This document shows positions 28,626 through 38,118 of a stretch of DNA of 64,000 nucleotides, piece by piece. Below the pieces are notes generated by a model, which saw only the letters and a program-made list of their open reading frames with translations, was not told the DNA's origin and ran no database searches. The stretch's first letter is position 1, and the number at the start of each line of letters is the position of its first letter. The stretch spans positions 3,776,001 through 3,840,000 of the forward strand of contig OZ271854.1 in the NCBI GenBank assembly GCA_965601925.1. The letters are read 5' to 3'. A program made the position numbers and the translations under genes. Source of the stretch: Alkalispirochaeta sp. GTDB lineage: Bacteria; Spirochaetota; Spirochaetia; DSM-27196; Alkalispirochaetaceae.

Positions 28626-31204
28626 TGCACACATCTCGACCACATATCGTTCCCCACCGCGATCTCTTTCATATTCTCAACCAAGTTGAGCTGCCGGGAC
28701 GCTACGTCGGCGGTGAATACGGACAGACTATAAAAGAGGGCTCGCGCCTTCTGCGTATCGCCCTGAGCTTTCCCGATCTATACGAAATCGGCATGTCCAA
28801 TACGGCGATAAAGTTGTTGTACGGCATGCTCAACGCTCTGCCCGATGTCGCCTGCGAGCGCGTCTTCGTACCGGGGCCCGATTTTGAAGACGCTTTGCGT
28901 GAGAAGCGCGTTCCACTGTACACCTTGGAGACCGGTACGCCCCTCGGCGACGTGCAACTCATCGCCGTTTCCTACGGATATGAGTTGCTAGCAAGTAATC
29001 TTCTCACCCTGCTGACGAGCGCGGGCATACCGGTTCGACGTTCCGAACGGGGGGATCGCGATCCGATTGTAATCGTCGGTGGGCCGGGAGCAACGAATCC
29101 GGCGCCGATTGCACGATTTGTCGACGCATTTTTCATAGGTGAGGCGGAGGCTGCCCTTCCTCCCACGATCGAGCGCCTGAAGAACGCGTATTTGAACGGC
29201 GCCGGGCGCGACGATATGATATCCGAGCTCTCCCGGGAGCCGGCATTCTGGATGCCAACGGCCCGCCGGCCGGCGCGTCGCGCGATTTGGACGGGATTCG
29301 GAAAGGGAGAGAGCCCCGTTGGCGTCGGTGCGACTCCCGGTGTGCCTGCGAGTTTCGGCGCCGGATTTCCCGTGCCGAGCATACCCGTGGTTCAGGATCA
29401 CGGCGTCGTGGAGATCATGCGCGGCTGTCCGCAAGGGTGTCGCTTTTGCCACGCCGGCGTCTACTACCGCCCGTATCGCATGAAGCCGATTCCCCGTATT
29501 ATGGAGGAGCTTTCGTGGATGGTGCGTTGCCAGGGATATCGCGACATATCGCTGAGCTCTCTCAGCTCGGGAGACTACGGGGAACTCATTCCTCTTCTCA
29601 CTCGTGTCAATGCCGAGTATCTATCGCGGGGAATCGGAGTGCAGTTGCCTTCGTTACGGGTCAATTCTCTTACCTTGCCGCTCATGGAAGAACTGTCGCG
29701 CGGGAGACGGTCGGGTCTCACATTTGCCGTAGAGAGCGCGTCGACGATGTCGCAGACGCGTATCAACAAAATGGTACCGCTGGAGCGCACGATCGCTCTG
29801 GCCGGTGAGGCGTATTCTCGCGGGTGGCGGCGAGCCAAGCTGTACTTCATGATCGGGTTGCCGGTCGGATCACACGCCGACGAGGCGACGGCCATAGCCG
29901 ACTATGTAAGGAGTCTTCGCAAAGCCGTGCCGATGGAGTTTGTCGTGAACGTCGGTACGTTCGTCCCCAAGCCGCATACGCCCTTCCAGTGGGAGTCCCA
30001 GATGGCACCCGATGCGGCCCTGAAGGCCTTCGACCTCATCCGAGATCATCTACCTAAAGGCGCGCGGCTTCGCCTTCACGACCCGTGGCTGTCGTGGTTG
30101 GAAAGCATTCTCACCCGCGGTGATGAGGCGATGTCCGAGGTCATCGAGGAAGCGCACGGCGAGGGAGCGCGTCTGTGTGCATGGCAAGACCATGTTCGGC
30201 TCGACACGTGGCGTACGGTCGTGGAGCGCCACGACGGCGCCGAGCGCGGTCTTGGGCCGTTCTCTCTGGACGACCCGCTTCCGTGGGACGGAGTCCAACT
30301 GACTACCTCAAAGCGGGCGCTTCGTCGCGAGCGGGAGCGTGCCGTAGTGGGAGAGCTTACGCCTCACTGTGCGCCCGATTGCACCGACCGGTGCGGGGTC
30401 TGCAATCGTTCGGTCGCGGTTGCCGATCTCTCATCGTCCCGATCCGAAAACAATGCGCACTCACCGGTCGATTATCGCGACAGCGCACATGCGGAAGAAC
30501 AGCGCGAAGACGCGGTGCATCGGGACACGCGGAAACAAGGGCAGGGGAGGCGCTATCAGCTGCTCCTTCGATATACGAAGACCGGTCCGGCGGTGTTCCT
30601 TTCGCACTTGGCCATGGTGCGCACATTCGAACGATTATGGCAGAGACTCGACATACCACTTCGGCTTTCGCAGGGGTTCCATCCCAAGGCTCAAATGAGC
30701 TTCGGGCAGCCGCTTCCCATCGGAGTTGCAAGCGATGATGAGCTTGTCTGTGTAGGTGTACAAAAAAACGTACAACTTGAGACGTTTTGTCACACTGCAT
30801 CGGTGCTATTACCGGCAGGAATGAACGTTTTGGGTGTGGCAATGCTACATCATGAGGATCAAACGCCGCGCATTCCCGCGCCGATGCAGCGTTATGAAGG
30901 ATCGGAGTTCAGTATCCGCGCGGCGGACGGCTACGGAGAAGACGGCGGAGCTGCGATTGTTGAGCGCTTCATCGCGGGAGCCGTTGAGCGCGGCGCCGAG
31001 ATTCTCCCGTGTGCCGACACGGTATCCCGATCGCTGTACCTTCCGCATTCCGCTCCGGGACTGGGTCGACTCTTCAAGGAGGCCGAGGCTCGAGGTATGG
31101 TACGCGCTCGACGTACGCGTATGATCGACCGCGCCGGAGGAGATCTCTTTGACTTTTATGCCTCTCTCGAAAACTGCGTCGATTCTCGGCGCGGAGCCGG
31201 GTGA
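28625..31204 (+). CDS. Radical SAM protein TIGR03960 family fused to TIGR03936 (DUF2344)-like domain
   Basis: PGRYVGGE, FPDLYEIGMSN, RGCPQGCRFC; C-terminal FLSHL...SQGFHPK..MSFGQPLPIG; start moved to ATG 28625. Confidence 0.88.
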   Translation: MHTSRPHIVPHRDLFHILNQVELPGRYVGGEYGQTIKEGSRLLRIALSFPDLYEIGMSNTAIKLLYGMLNALPDVACERVFVPGPDFEDALREKRVPLYTLETGTPLGDVQLIAVSYGYELLASNLLTLLTSAGIPVRRSERGDRDPIVIVGGPGATNPAPIARFVDAFFIGEAEAALPPTIERLKNAYLNGAGRDDMISELSREPAFWMPTARRPARRAIWTGFGKGESPVGVGATPGVPASFGAGFPVPSIPVVQDHGVVEIMRGCPQGCRFCHAGVYYRPYRMKPIPRIMEELSWMVRCQGYRDISLSSLSSGDYGELIPLLTRVNAEYLSRGIGVQLPSLRVNSLTLPLMEELSRGRRSGLTFAVESASTMSQTRINKMVPLERTIALAGEAYSRGWRRAKLYFMIGLPVGSHADEATAIADYVRSLRKAVPMEFVVNVGTFVPKPHTPFQWESQMAPDAALKAFDLIRDHLPKGARLRLHDPWLSWLESILTRGDEAMSEVIEEAHGEGARLCAWQDHVRLDTWRTVVERHDGAERGLGPFSLDDPLPWDGVQLTTSKRALRRERERAVVGELTPHCAPDCTDRCGVCNRSVAVADLSSSRSENNAHSPVDYRDSAHAEEQREDAVHRDTRKQGQGRRYQLLLRYTKTGPAVFLSHLAMVRTFERLWQRLDIPLRLSQGFHPKAQMSFGQPLPIGVASDDELVCVGVQKNVQLETFCHTASVLLPAGMNVLGVAMLHHEDQTPRIPAPMQRYEGSEFSIRAADGYGEDGGAAIVERFIAGAVERGAEILPCADTVSRSLYLPHSAPGLGRLFKEAEARGMVRARRTRMIDRAGGDLFDFYASLENCVDSRRGAG

Positions 31205-32094
31205 GATGCATCCTTGGCCTCGTTCCAGAGTGCATCGAGTTCCGTAAGCGACATGTTCTGGAGCGGTATGTTGCGGGAGCAAGCCGCTTCCTCAATGTAT
31301 CGAAAGCGTGACATAAACTTTCTATTCGTGCGCTCCAGGGCTAGGGACGGATCGCTTTTTAGGTGACGCGAGAGGTTGACGACCGAAAAGAGGATGTCGC
31401 CCAGTTCTTCCTCGATTTTCGGGTTGTCCTTGATCCGCTCTTCGGACTCGGCGGCGGCGCGAAGTGCCTCGCGTAGTTCTTCGATCTCTTCGGTTATCTT
31501 GAGAAACACCGAGTCTATCTCCGGCCAGTCGAATCCGACCTTGGCGGCCTTCTTTTGCATCGCATAGGCGCGCTCAAGGGGTGGGAGGCCGCCGCCGGCC
31601 TCCACGATAGAGGGTGTCTTTCCTTCCTGGTCCTGCTTGATGCGGTGCCAGTTGGCGACGACTTCGTGTTCATCTTCGACCTGGACGGAGTCAAAGACGT
31701 GGGGATGGCGCCGCACCAGTTTCCGGCCGTTCTCCAAAAGGATGTCGGAGAACGAAATCCCGGACTCGGCCTCGAGGGCGTCGGCGAGAAGGAGTGTAAT
31801 TAAAACGACGTCGCCGAGCTCCTCCGTCACATCGGAGTACGCGTCTCGGTGAGTAGGAGCGTCATGTAACTCATTCAATGCCGCGAGCGTTTCGAAACTC
31901 TCTTCGATGAGATAGCGTCTCAAGGAATGAAGAGTTTGCTTGCGATCCCACGGGCAGCCGTCGGGGGCGCGTAGTCGTCTGATAATTGCCGCGTATCGTT
32001 CGAATATCGCGGCTTCGTCGGGACGACGGTGTGTCTCGGGGCTGCCATCAGCATCGAGTACCCGGAGGGCTTCCTGTAGTTGTTGCTCATTCAT
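31156..32094 (-). CDS. mazG: Nucleoside triphosphate pyrophosphohydrolase
   Basis: LRAPDGCPWDRKQT, EELGD twice, RRHPHVF, KAAKVGFDW. Confidence 0.94.
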   Translation of the reverse strand: MNEQQLQEALRVLDADGSPETHRRPDEAAIFERYAAIIRRLRAPDGCPWDRKQTLHSLRRYLIEESFETLAALNELHDAPTHRDAYSDVTEELGDVVLITLLLADALEAESGISFSDILLENGRKLVRRHPHVFDSVQVEDEHEVVANWHRIKQDQEGKTPSIVEAGGGLPPLERAYAMQKKAAKVGFDWPEIDSVFLKITEEIEELREALRAAAESEERIKDNPKIEEELGDILFSVVNLSRHLKSDPSLALERTNRKFMSRFRYIEEAACSRNIPLQNMSLTELDALWNEAKDASHPAPRRESTQFSREA

Positions 32095-32196
32095 GCACTA
32101 TCCTTTGGGGATGATTTAAGTAGACAGAATATCCATTATCGGAAGTTGTGGAGCGCCGATACCGTGCGGCGATGGTGCGCGGCGTTCATGCGCTGT

Positions 32197-32490
32197 TCAA
32201 TCGTACCGATCTTTGCGTTCGCTTAACGAAGCAAAGGCGGACAAGATTATCGCAGCCGCGATAATCGGCGGAAATACATTGAGTACGCCGTTCACGGAAC
32301 TCAGCCTTTCGATTAAGTCCGAGAAGAGATAGTCGGCCAATCCTCCCAGAAATGCACCGGCAATCGCCACTACTGCAGCTCCCCAATAATGGCCGGCGAA
32401 GCGACGGCGAAAGACGTACACATAGATGAGTGCTATGACCATGCCGATAACCAGATAACTCAATCCTATGGCGAGAAAAAAAGTCGTCAC
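32197..32490 (-). CDS. Small three-TM membrane protein (GlsB/YeaQ/YmgE-like)
   Basis: Three hydrophobic helices, AIAGAFLGG motif. Confidence 0.65.
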   Translation of the reverse strand: MTTFFLAIGLSYLVIGMVIALIYVYVFRRRFAGHYWGAAVVAIAGAFLGGLADYLFSDLIERLSSVNGVLNVFPPIIAAAIILSAFASLSERKDRYD

Positions 32491-32561
32491 GCTTGTATTG
32501 GTATCATGGGGACGCCCGGCGACTCAAGCATTGATTTCCCGGCGGCCTTTTTTGCCGCCCA

Positions 32562-33455
32562 CTACGGATCATCGAGTGTCAGTCTTGCGGGCTCGAGTCT
32601 CAACGGTTCGCTGTAGAATTGTGAAAAATCGGTCTCGTCTATGCCGTAACTGAGGACGTACCACACCACGGTTAGTTGGTCCGGGGAACCTGCGGTGAGA
32701 TCGAGCTGCATTCGGCCCACGTCGAAATCGTCACTCGAATAACCCGATGCGTGCCAGAACCCTTCGAAGACGGTGCGCGGATCTGTGGGACCGTCCTGGT
32801 CCGTGTTCCGTCGTCGGAATCCCCTCACCTGTTGGCCCGATTGATTCCAACTCACAATTACCTCGGCCTCGGGAAAATCGTCTTGATCGGGACTTCCTGC
32901 GTCGCGTTGAAAGGGATCTCGGAGATCGATCGAGTACTGAATCGAGGACGAGGTTGGGTCGGTCGGAAGATGTGGAGGCCGCGCTTCCTCACCCACGATC
33001 TCGCTCGTTATGGAGAGATCGACGCCGGAGCGAACGGTGACCGCTACGGCACGAACAAAGTTGCGCTGCTGCAGGCGCGACGGTCCGGGCTCCCGGGGTG
33101 TGCTCTCGATAAAGGACTCGTCGCTTGTGATGGCGGTGCCGCCCAGCTCATAGAGCTTGTAGTACAGCTCATAGCCCTGAAATCCGCCTCCGTCGTTTCC
33201 CGAGCTGTGTTCGAACGTGAGAATACGGTTCTCTTCGTTCCCCTCAAAATCGGGATTCTCCGGGGGGTCGATAAACTGTATAGTCGGGATACCGCAGGCC
33301 GCGAGCGCCACTGCGCATAACGCCGCGGACGCGAAGCCGACGAGTACTCGACGACGACTGTGGCGCGTTCTGCAAGACGGCGGCGATTGCCGTTCATTTC
33401 CTTCGGCGCCGCGTCGGTTACGGATCGAATCCCTCGGGTACATCGACGAGCTCAT
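32562..33455 (-). CDS. Acidic lipoprotein of unknown function
   Basis: RRR + hydrophobic stretch + LAAC lipobox (C-GIPTIQFIDPP); true start uncertain. Confidence 0.75.
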   Translation of the reverse strand: MSSSMYPRDSIRNRRGAEGNERQSPPSCRTRHSRRRVLVGFASAALCAVALAACGIPTIQFIDPPENPDFEGNEENRILTFEHSSGNDGGGFQGYELYYKLYELGGTAITSDESFIESTPREPGPSRLQQRNFVRAVAVTVRSGVDLSITSEIVGEEARPPHLPTDPTSSSIQYSIDLRDPFQRDAGSPDQDDFPEAEVIVSWNQSGQQVRGFRRRNTDQDGPTDPRTVFEGFWHASGYSSDDFDVGRMQLDLTAGSPDQLTVVWYVLSYGIDETDFSQFYSEPLRLEPARLTLDDP

Positions 33456-35805
33456 AAATCAAGACGGGCTTGTTCTTGCCCTTGACTCGAATATTGTCGA
33501 GTTCGCGAGCGATAACGCGATCCTTTACCAAGCCGTAGGTGTTCTCGCTGATGATGACGTTCGTACCGTACTGCTTGTTCGTACCTTCCAGACGTGCGCC
33601 GAGATTAACGTTATCGCCCATGAGGGTGTAGTTCATGCGGCCCAGGCTTCCCATGTTCCCGACGGTCATGATACCCGAATTGAGTCCGATCCCGATATCG
33701 ATCCGTTTTCCCACCGGCCACTCTTCGTTGAGTTCGTTTAGTTTCTGCATCTGTCGGAGAGCGGACTTACACGCCAGCATCGCGTGCTCTTCCTGGGGCA
33801 ACGGCGCACCCCAGAAACACATGATTTCGTCTCCGACGTATTTGTCGAGCGTGCCGTTGTATTCGAGAATGATATCGGTCATCGCCGTAAGATAGATGTT
33901 CAGGTGATTGACCAGCTCTTGGGGAGTCATGGACTCCGAAAGTGTGGTGAAACCCCGGATATCGCTGAAGAAGACGGTGAGGTCTTTATCGACGCCGCCG
34001 AGTTCCGGAGGACTCTCGAGAATCTCCGAGACGACTGCGGGGCTAACGTACTTTCCGAACATTTCTCTGATGCGTCGCTTGTCGCGTTCTTCGGTGATAA
34101 CGCGATACACGACGATGCTCACGAATGTGAGCAACATGGCGATGGCGGGACTCGAGAAGTTGATGACCACGGCACGATCGTCAAAGACGCTGGTGACGGT
34201 GAAGAAAAAGACGATGATTATCACGAACGTGAGTAGCATCGCCCAGATCGTGGACAGGCGTGAACTCATCAGCGCGACGAGAAGCGCCGCTGCGGCGAGG
34301 ATGGCGAAATCGACCCACGACGGCACGTATTGAATGAAGCGGTCCATGATAATTGTGTTGAGGGCGTTCGCATGGACCTCAACACCGTACATCAGGCCGT
34401 AGGGAGTAAGCTTCTCATCGTCGGCCATGCCTTGCGCGAACGCGCCGACCATGACGATGTCGTTCTCCACCGCCCGCGTCGGTGGCCATTCGGCGGGATT
34501 GAAGCCGGGAACTCGGGCGGCATAACCGAAGTACGGCCGAACGGGAAACGTCTGATACCCGTCGCGCGCGGGGCTGGATCGGCGTCCCATGTAGTTGATA
34601 AGCATCGTTCCCTGCTCATCGATGGGAATGACGATCTCATCAGTGTCCCGATACTCCGCTTCGCGTACGAGGTTACCCTCTTCGTCGAACACGGCGGGCT
34701 CGATAAGGACGCGATAGTCCACCCACTCACCCGACTCGGTGTCGAAGTACTGCGGATCGGGAATGCGGATGTACTCACCGATTCGTACTTCCACCTCCGA
34801 GAGCGATTTGTTGAAATAGTCTGCGGCCAAGGCGAGCGTAATCGAGGGGATGAACTGCTCGCGATAGTGGCGCACCACGAAGGTGTACCGATCGGCTACT
34901 CCATCGCCGTCGTCGTCGAGCGGCAACTGCGGAGAACGCTCTTCCAGGTCCGAACGCAGAGTTTGAAGCGCCTCGTCGGTTAACGGGAGATCGATCGTGT
35001 GGTCTCTCCCCTGCTGATCGAACCATACGAGTCGTTCATATTCGCCGTAGTCGGCGGTCATCCCCGGGGAGAGTTCTTCGAAAAGATACTCCGACCGGAG
35101 TTCCGAGAGTCGGACGACCAACGGCTGGCGTCGAAACACGTTATCGAAGTCATTCCAGATGTTCGCGTGACCGTAACCTCCGGCGGCCGCCGCGAGCGGC
35201 TGCAGAGGCGGCTGCAAGCCGAAAAAAGACGGCATCGTCGTCCAGTCGCCGGTTACGTCGGTAATACGCCCGTCGGCCTCGAAGAGCCGTTGGTGTCGGG
35301 CGAACAGTTCATCGTAGCCGGAAGGCCCGGGGGCGCTGTACTCGACGATCGTCTCAAGAAATACGCGTCCGTTTTCCCGCATCGCCTCCAATAGGAGGGC
35401 ATCGTTAACCGCCTCATCGCTCGGCTCGATGAAAAAAAGATCGAGAAAGAGCGAGCGTTCGCGGCGATTTTGATCGGCGATACGCGAGAATGAGGTTATG
35501 AGATCGGCGTGGCGATACCGAGGAAACGGCCAACGGCCGAGGCGCGCCAACGTCGTGGGATCGATGGCCACGATTAATATGTCTTCCGATATGTTGTGGC
35601 TATATCGGACCTCCGTCGCACCCTCTTGGATCGTCTCGGAGCGTACGACGTTTTTGAGTCTAAAATGAACGTCGAGTAATCGCAACTCGAGTCGTTCGAG
35701 CATGGATGTACTCGCCGAAAGCAAGGTAAACAGCCCGACTATGAATAGAGCTATGATGAAGCCGAAATATCGTGTCTCAAAAAAAGTGGCCCGCTTTTGT
35801 GCCAT
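33418..35805 (-). CDS. CHASE2-domain class III adenylate cyclase
   Basis: GRWPFPR and GVEVHANALNT CHASE2 motifs, 3 TMs, FSDIRGFT, DKYVGD, YTLMGDNVNLGARLE, VKGK. Confidence 0.93.
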   Translation of the reverse strand: MAQKRATFFETRYFGFIIALFIVGLFTLLSASTSMLERLELRLLDVHFRLKNVVRSETIQEGATEVRYSHNISEDILIVAIDPTTLARLGRWPFPRYRHADLITSFSRIADQNRRERSLFLDLFFIEPSDEAVNDALLLEAMRENGRVFLETIVEYSAPGPSGYDELFARHQRLFEADGRITDVTGDWTTMPSFFGLQPPLQPLAAAAGGYGHANIWNDFDNVFRRQPLVVRLSELRSEYLFEELSPGMTADYGEYERLVWFDQQGRDHTIDLPLTDEALQTLRSDLEERSPQLPLDDDGDGVADRYTFVVRHYREQFIPSITLALAADYFNKSLSEVEVRIGEYIRIPDPQYFDTESGEWVDYRVLIEPAVFDEEGNLVREAEYRDTDEIVIPIDEQGTMLINYMGRRSSPARDGYQTFPVRPYFGYAARVPGFNPAEWPPTRAVENDIVMVGAFAQGMADDEKLTPYGLMYGVEVHANALNTIIMDRFIQYVPSWVDFAILAAAALLVALMSSRLSTIWAMLLTFVIIIVFFFTVTSVFDDRAVVINFSSPAIAMLLTFVSIVVYRVITEERDKRRIREMFGKYVSPAVVSEILESPPELGGVDKDLTVFFSDIRGFTTLSESMTPQELVNHLNIYLTAMTDIILEYNGTLDKYVGDEIMCFWGAPLPQEEHAMLACKSALRQMQKLNELNEEWPVGKRIDIGIGLNSGIMTVGNMGSLGRMNYTLMGDNVNLGARLEGTNKQYGTNVIISENTYGLVKDRVIARELDNIRVKGKNKPVLIYELVDVPEGFDP

Positions 35806-35866
35806 CAGGACTCCTCGTCAGCGCAAAATACGGGCCGGATTCGTTTTTCTACCTTGAGAGAACGCG

Positions 35867-36586
35867 CTACTCTCCCGAACCGACCCCGCGGCTCGTGAGC
35901 CAGATTATACGGTTTCTTCCCAGATTTGTCCAAGTGCTGCCACCGTGCTCGTCGACGAGGCGATTGTAATAGTCGACCGCCAGATCCGTGTCGCCTTGCG
36001 ACTCGGCGATGCGACCGAGATTGAACAGCGCGTGCGGTACCTCGGCGTTGGGAGCGCCCTCGCCCGCGACAATTCTACCGTAAATCGTCGTCGCCGCATC
36101 CGGGTCGCCGGCGTTCTCGGCGGCCGCTGCCGCGGAAAAGAGGGCGATTGCGGCGAGGTGACTCTCGGGGTGCTCCTCGGCGACCGCAAGAAAAGCGTCC
36201 CGGGCGGCGTCAAAGTTACCGAGTTCCCACTCCAATTCACCAAGGACGAACCGACCGCGCAATGCACCGTAACGACGAGGAAGCTCCTCCATCGTAGCGG
36301 CTATCGCCGCTCTGAGAGACTCCTCCAAGGCGACGGTTTCCGGCGATATCTCGTCCTCGTCGGACGACGGCCGGCTTGCCCGCCACTCATCCCACACCTC
36401 GTCGATTTCCTCTGCCGCCAGGGCGCCGCGTTCAGCGCGGTTATTCGAAACTTGTGCGATTACCACGGTGGCGACGATACCTACGATTACGACCACCGAC
36501 AGCACCAGAAGCGTGGTTCTGTGATGCGAAAGAATAGTGTTAAGTCGATCGGAGAACGAACTCCTGTCTCGCGAATGATCGCTCAT
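35867..36586 (-). CDS. Single-TM TPR protein (YfgM-like)
   Basis: N-terminal TM, TPR motifs; ATGA overlap with upstream gene. Confidence 0.8.
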   Translation of the reverse strand: MSDHSRDRSSFSDRLNTILSHHRTTLLVLSVVVIVGIVATVVIAQVSNNRAERGALAAEEIDEVWDEWRASRPSSDEDEISPETVALEESLRAAIAATMEELPRRYGALRGRFVLGELEWELGNFDAARDAFLAVAEEHPESHLAAIALFSAAAAAENAGDPDAATTIYGRIVAGEGAPNAEVPHALFNLGRIAESQGDTDLAVDYYNRLVDEHGGSTWTNLGRNRIIWLTSRGVGSGE

Positions 36587-38112
36587 GTCGAGCTATCTCC
36601 CTTACTGTTCTTGATATTCAGATCCTTGACGAGCTTGGAAAGGTACGACCGCTGGATGTGAAGCTCCCCGGCAGTCTCCGTATGATTCCATCCGTGTCGC
36701 TCCAGGGCTCGCCGAATGAACTGCTTCTTAAAAAGATTGACACTCTCTTTGAGGCTCTTCCCTTGATAGCGTTGGTCGGTCTGGCCGTCACCACCGTGCA
36801 ACAGAAGATCCTCGGGCATGATCCACTCGCGTCCGCTGATGACCACCGCGCGTTCCACGGCGTTCTCGAGCTCGCGCACATTTCCGGGCCACGAGTACGA
36901 AAGAAGTGCCTCGATAGCCTCGTCGGAGAAGCCGGTGACGTGCTTATTGGTCTCTCGTGCAAACCGCTTGAGGAAGAAGTATGCCAACTCGCCTATGTCC
37001 TCCGATCGTTGCCGGAGAGGCGGAATGTGAAGCGGCAATACGTTAAGGCGGTAGTAGAGATCGCTTCGAAACTCACCGCTCTCCACCAGCGCTTCGATAT
37101 TCTTATTGGTTGCGGCGATGATGCGCACGTCTACGGTGATCGACTCGCTCGCACCGACACGCTCAAAGGTTTTTTCCTGAATGACGCGCAGCATCTTTGC
37201 CTGCAGCGGTAGCGGAAGGTCGCCGATCTCGTCGAGAAAGATCGTGCCGCGATCGGCGAGCTCAAAACGGCCGCGCCGATCGCTCACCGCGTCGGTGAAT
37301 GCACCTTTCACGTGTCCGAACAGCTCGCTCTCAAGAAGCGTTCCCGGGAGGGCGGCGCAGTTCACACGGATGAACGGACACTTGGAACGCAACGAGTTGA
37401 GATGGATCTGCTCGGCGATTAACTCCTTGCCGACGCCGCTCTCACCGAGGATGAGCACGGTGCTGTCGGTCGGCGCCACACGCTCGACCAGTCCCAGTTG
37501 CTCGCCCATCAGCGGGCTCTTCCACACCAGGGTATGGTACCCCTGATCGGTATTGACTTGGTCCTGGAGGAGATCGATCTCATTCCGAACGCGTTGAAAG
37601 GTGCGCGCATTTTGGACGACGATCGCCGCCTGGTTGGCGAATATCTCGAGCCACTGAAGGTCGTCGTCGTCGAAGTTGCGCCCGTCACGCTTGTTGAGGA
37701 TCTCTATGACTCCGATACAGCGATCTTTGCCGCGCATCGGCACCGCCAGAATGCTGTTGGTCGTGTACCCGATTTGTCGGCCGATGTCGCGCTTGTGGCG
37801 CGGGTCCTCGTCGGTGTCGTTCACGATAAGGGATCGATTGTGTTGGGCGACCCATCCGGCGATCCCCTCACCCATCTCGAGGGAAAACTGTTGTACCTGT
37901 TCCCCCTTGGTACCCAGGGCAACTTCGAAATAGAGTTTGTTATTTTCGGGGTTTACTAACAGAAGCGACGATGCCTCACCTTTGGTGAGGAGCATCGCCG
38001 ACTCTACAATACGCTTAAGGACGGCACGAAGGTCCGAAAAATCCGAATTGATCAGAGCATTGATCTCGATCAGCGTTTGAAACCGATCGAGATCGACCTG
38101 TGCAAGTCCCAT
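36583..38112 (-). CDS. sigma-54-dependent transcriptional activator, GAF-AAA+-HTH (Fis)
   Basis: GAF domain, GESGVGKE, ESELFGH..GAFTDA, FLDEIG, FRSDLYYRL, WPGNVRELEN, C-terminal HTH. Confidence 0.94.
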   Translation of the reverse strand: MGLAQVDLDRFQTLIEINALINSDFSDLRAVLKRIVESAMLLTKGEASSLLLVNPENNKLYFEVALGTKGEQVQQFSLEMGEGIAGWVAQHNRSLIVNDTDEDPRHKRDIGRQIGYTTNSILAVPMRGKDRCIGVIEILNKRDGRNFDDDDLQWLEIFANQAAIVVQNARTFQRVRNEIDLLQDQVNTDQGYHTLVWKSPLMGEQLGLVERVAPTDSTVLILGESGVGKELIAEQIHLNSLRSKCPFIRVNCAALPGTLLESELFGHVKGAFTDAVSDRRGRFELADRGTIFLDEIGDLPLPLQAKMLRVIQEKTFERVGASESITVDVRIIAATNKNIEALVESGEFRSDLYYRLNVLPLHIPPLRQRSEDIGELAYFFLKRFARETNKHVTGFSDEAIEALLSYSWPGNVRELENAVERAVVISGREWIMPEDLLLHGGDGQTDQRYQGKSLKESVNLFKKQFIRRALERHGWNHTETAGELHIQRSYLSKLVKDLNIKNSKGDSST

Positions 38113-38118
38113 GCAGGT

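Noticed and set aside
31156..31204. 49-nt tail-to-tail overlap of mazG and the radical SAM gene as antisense regulation
   Set aside because: Short convergent overlaps are common in compact GC-rich genomes; no further support
31156..32094. mazG as part of a toxin-antitoxin or anti-phage system
   Set aside because: Ordinary tandem-domain housekeeping MazG with no mazEF or defence genes nearby
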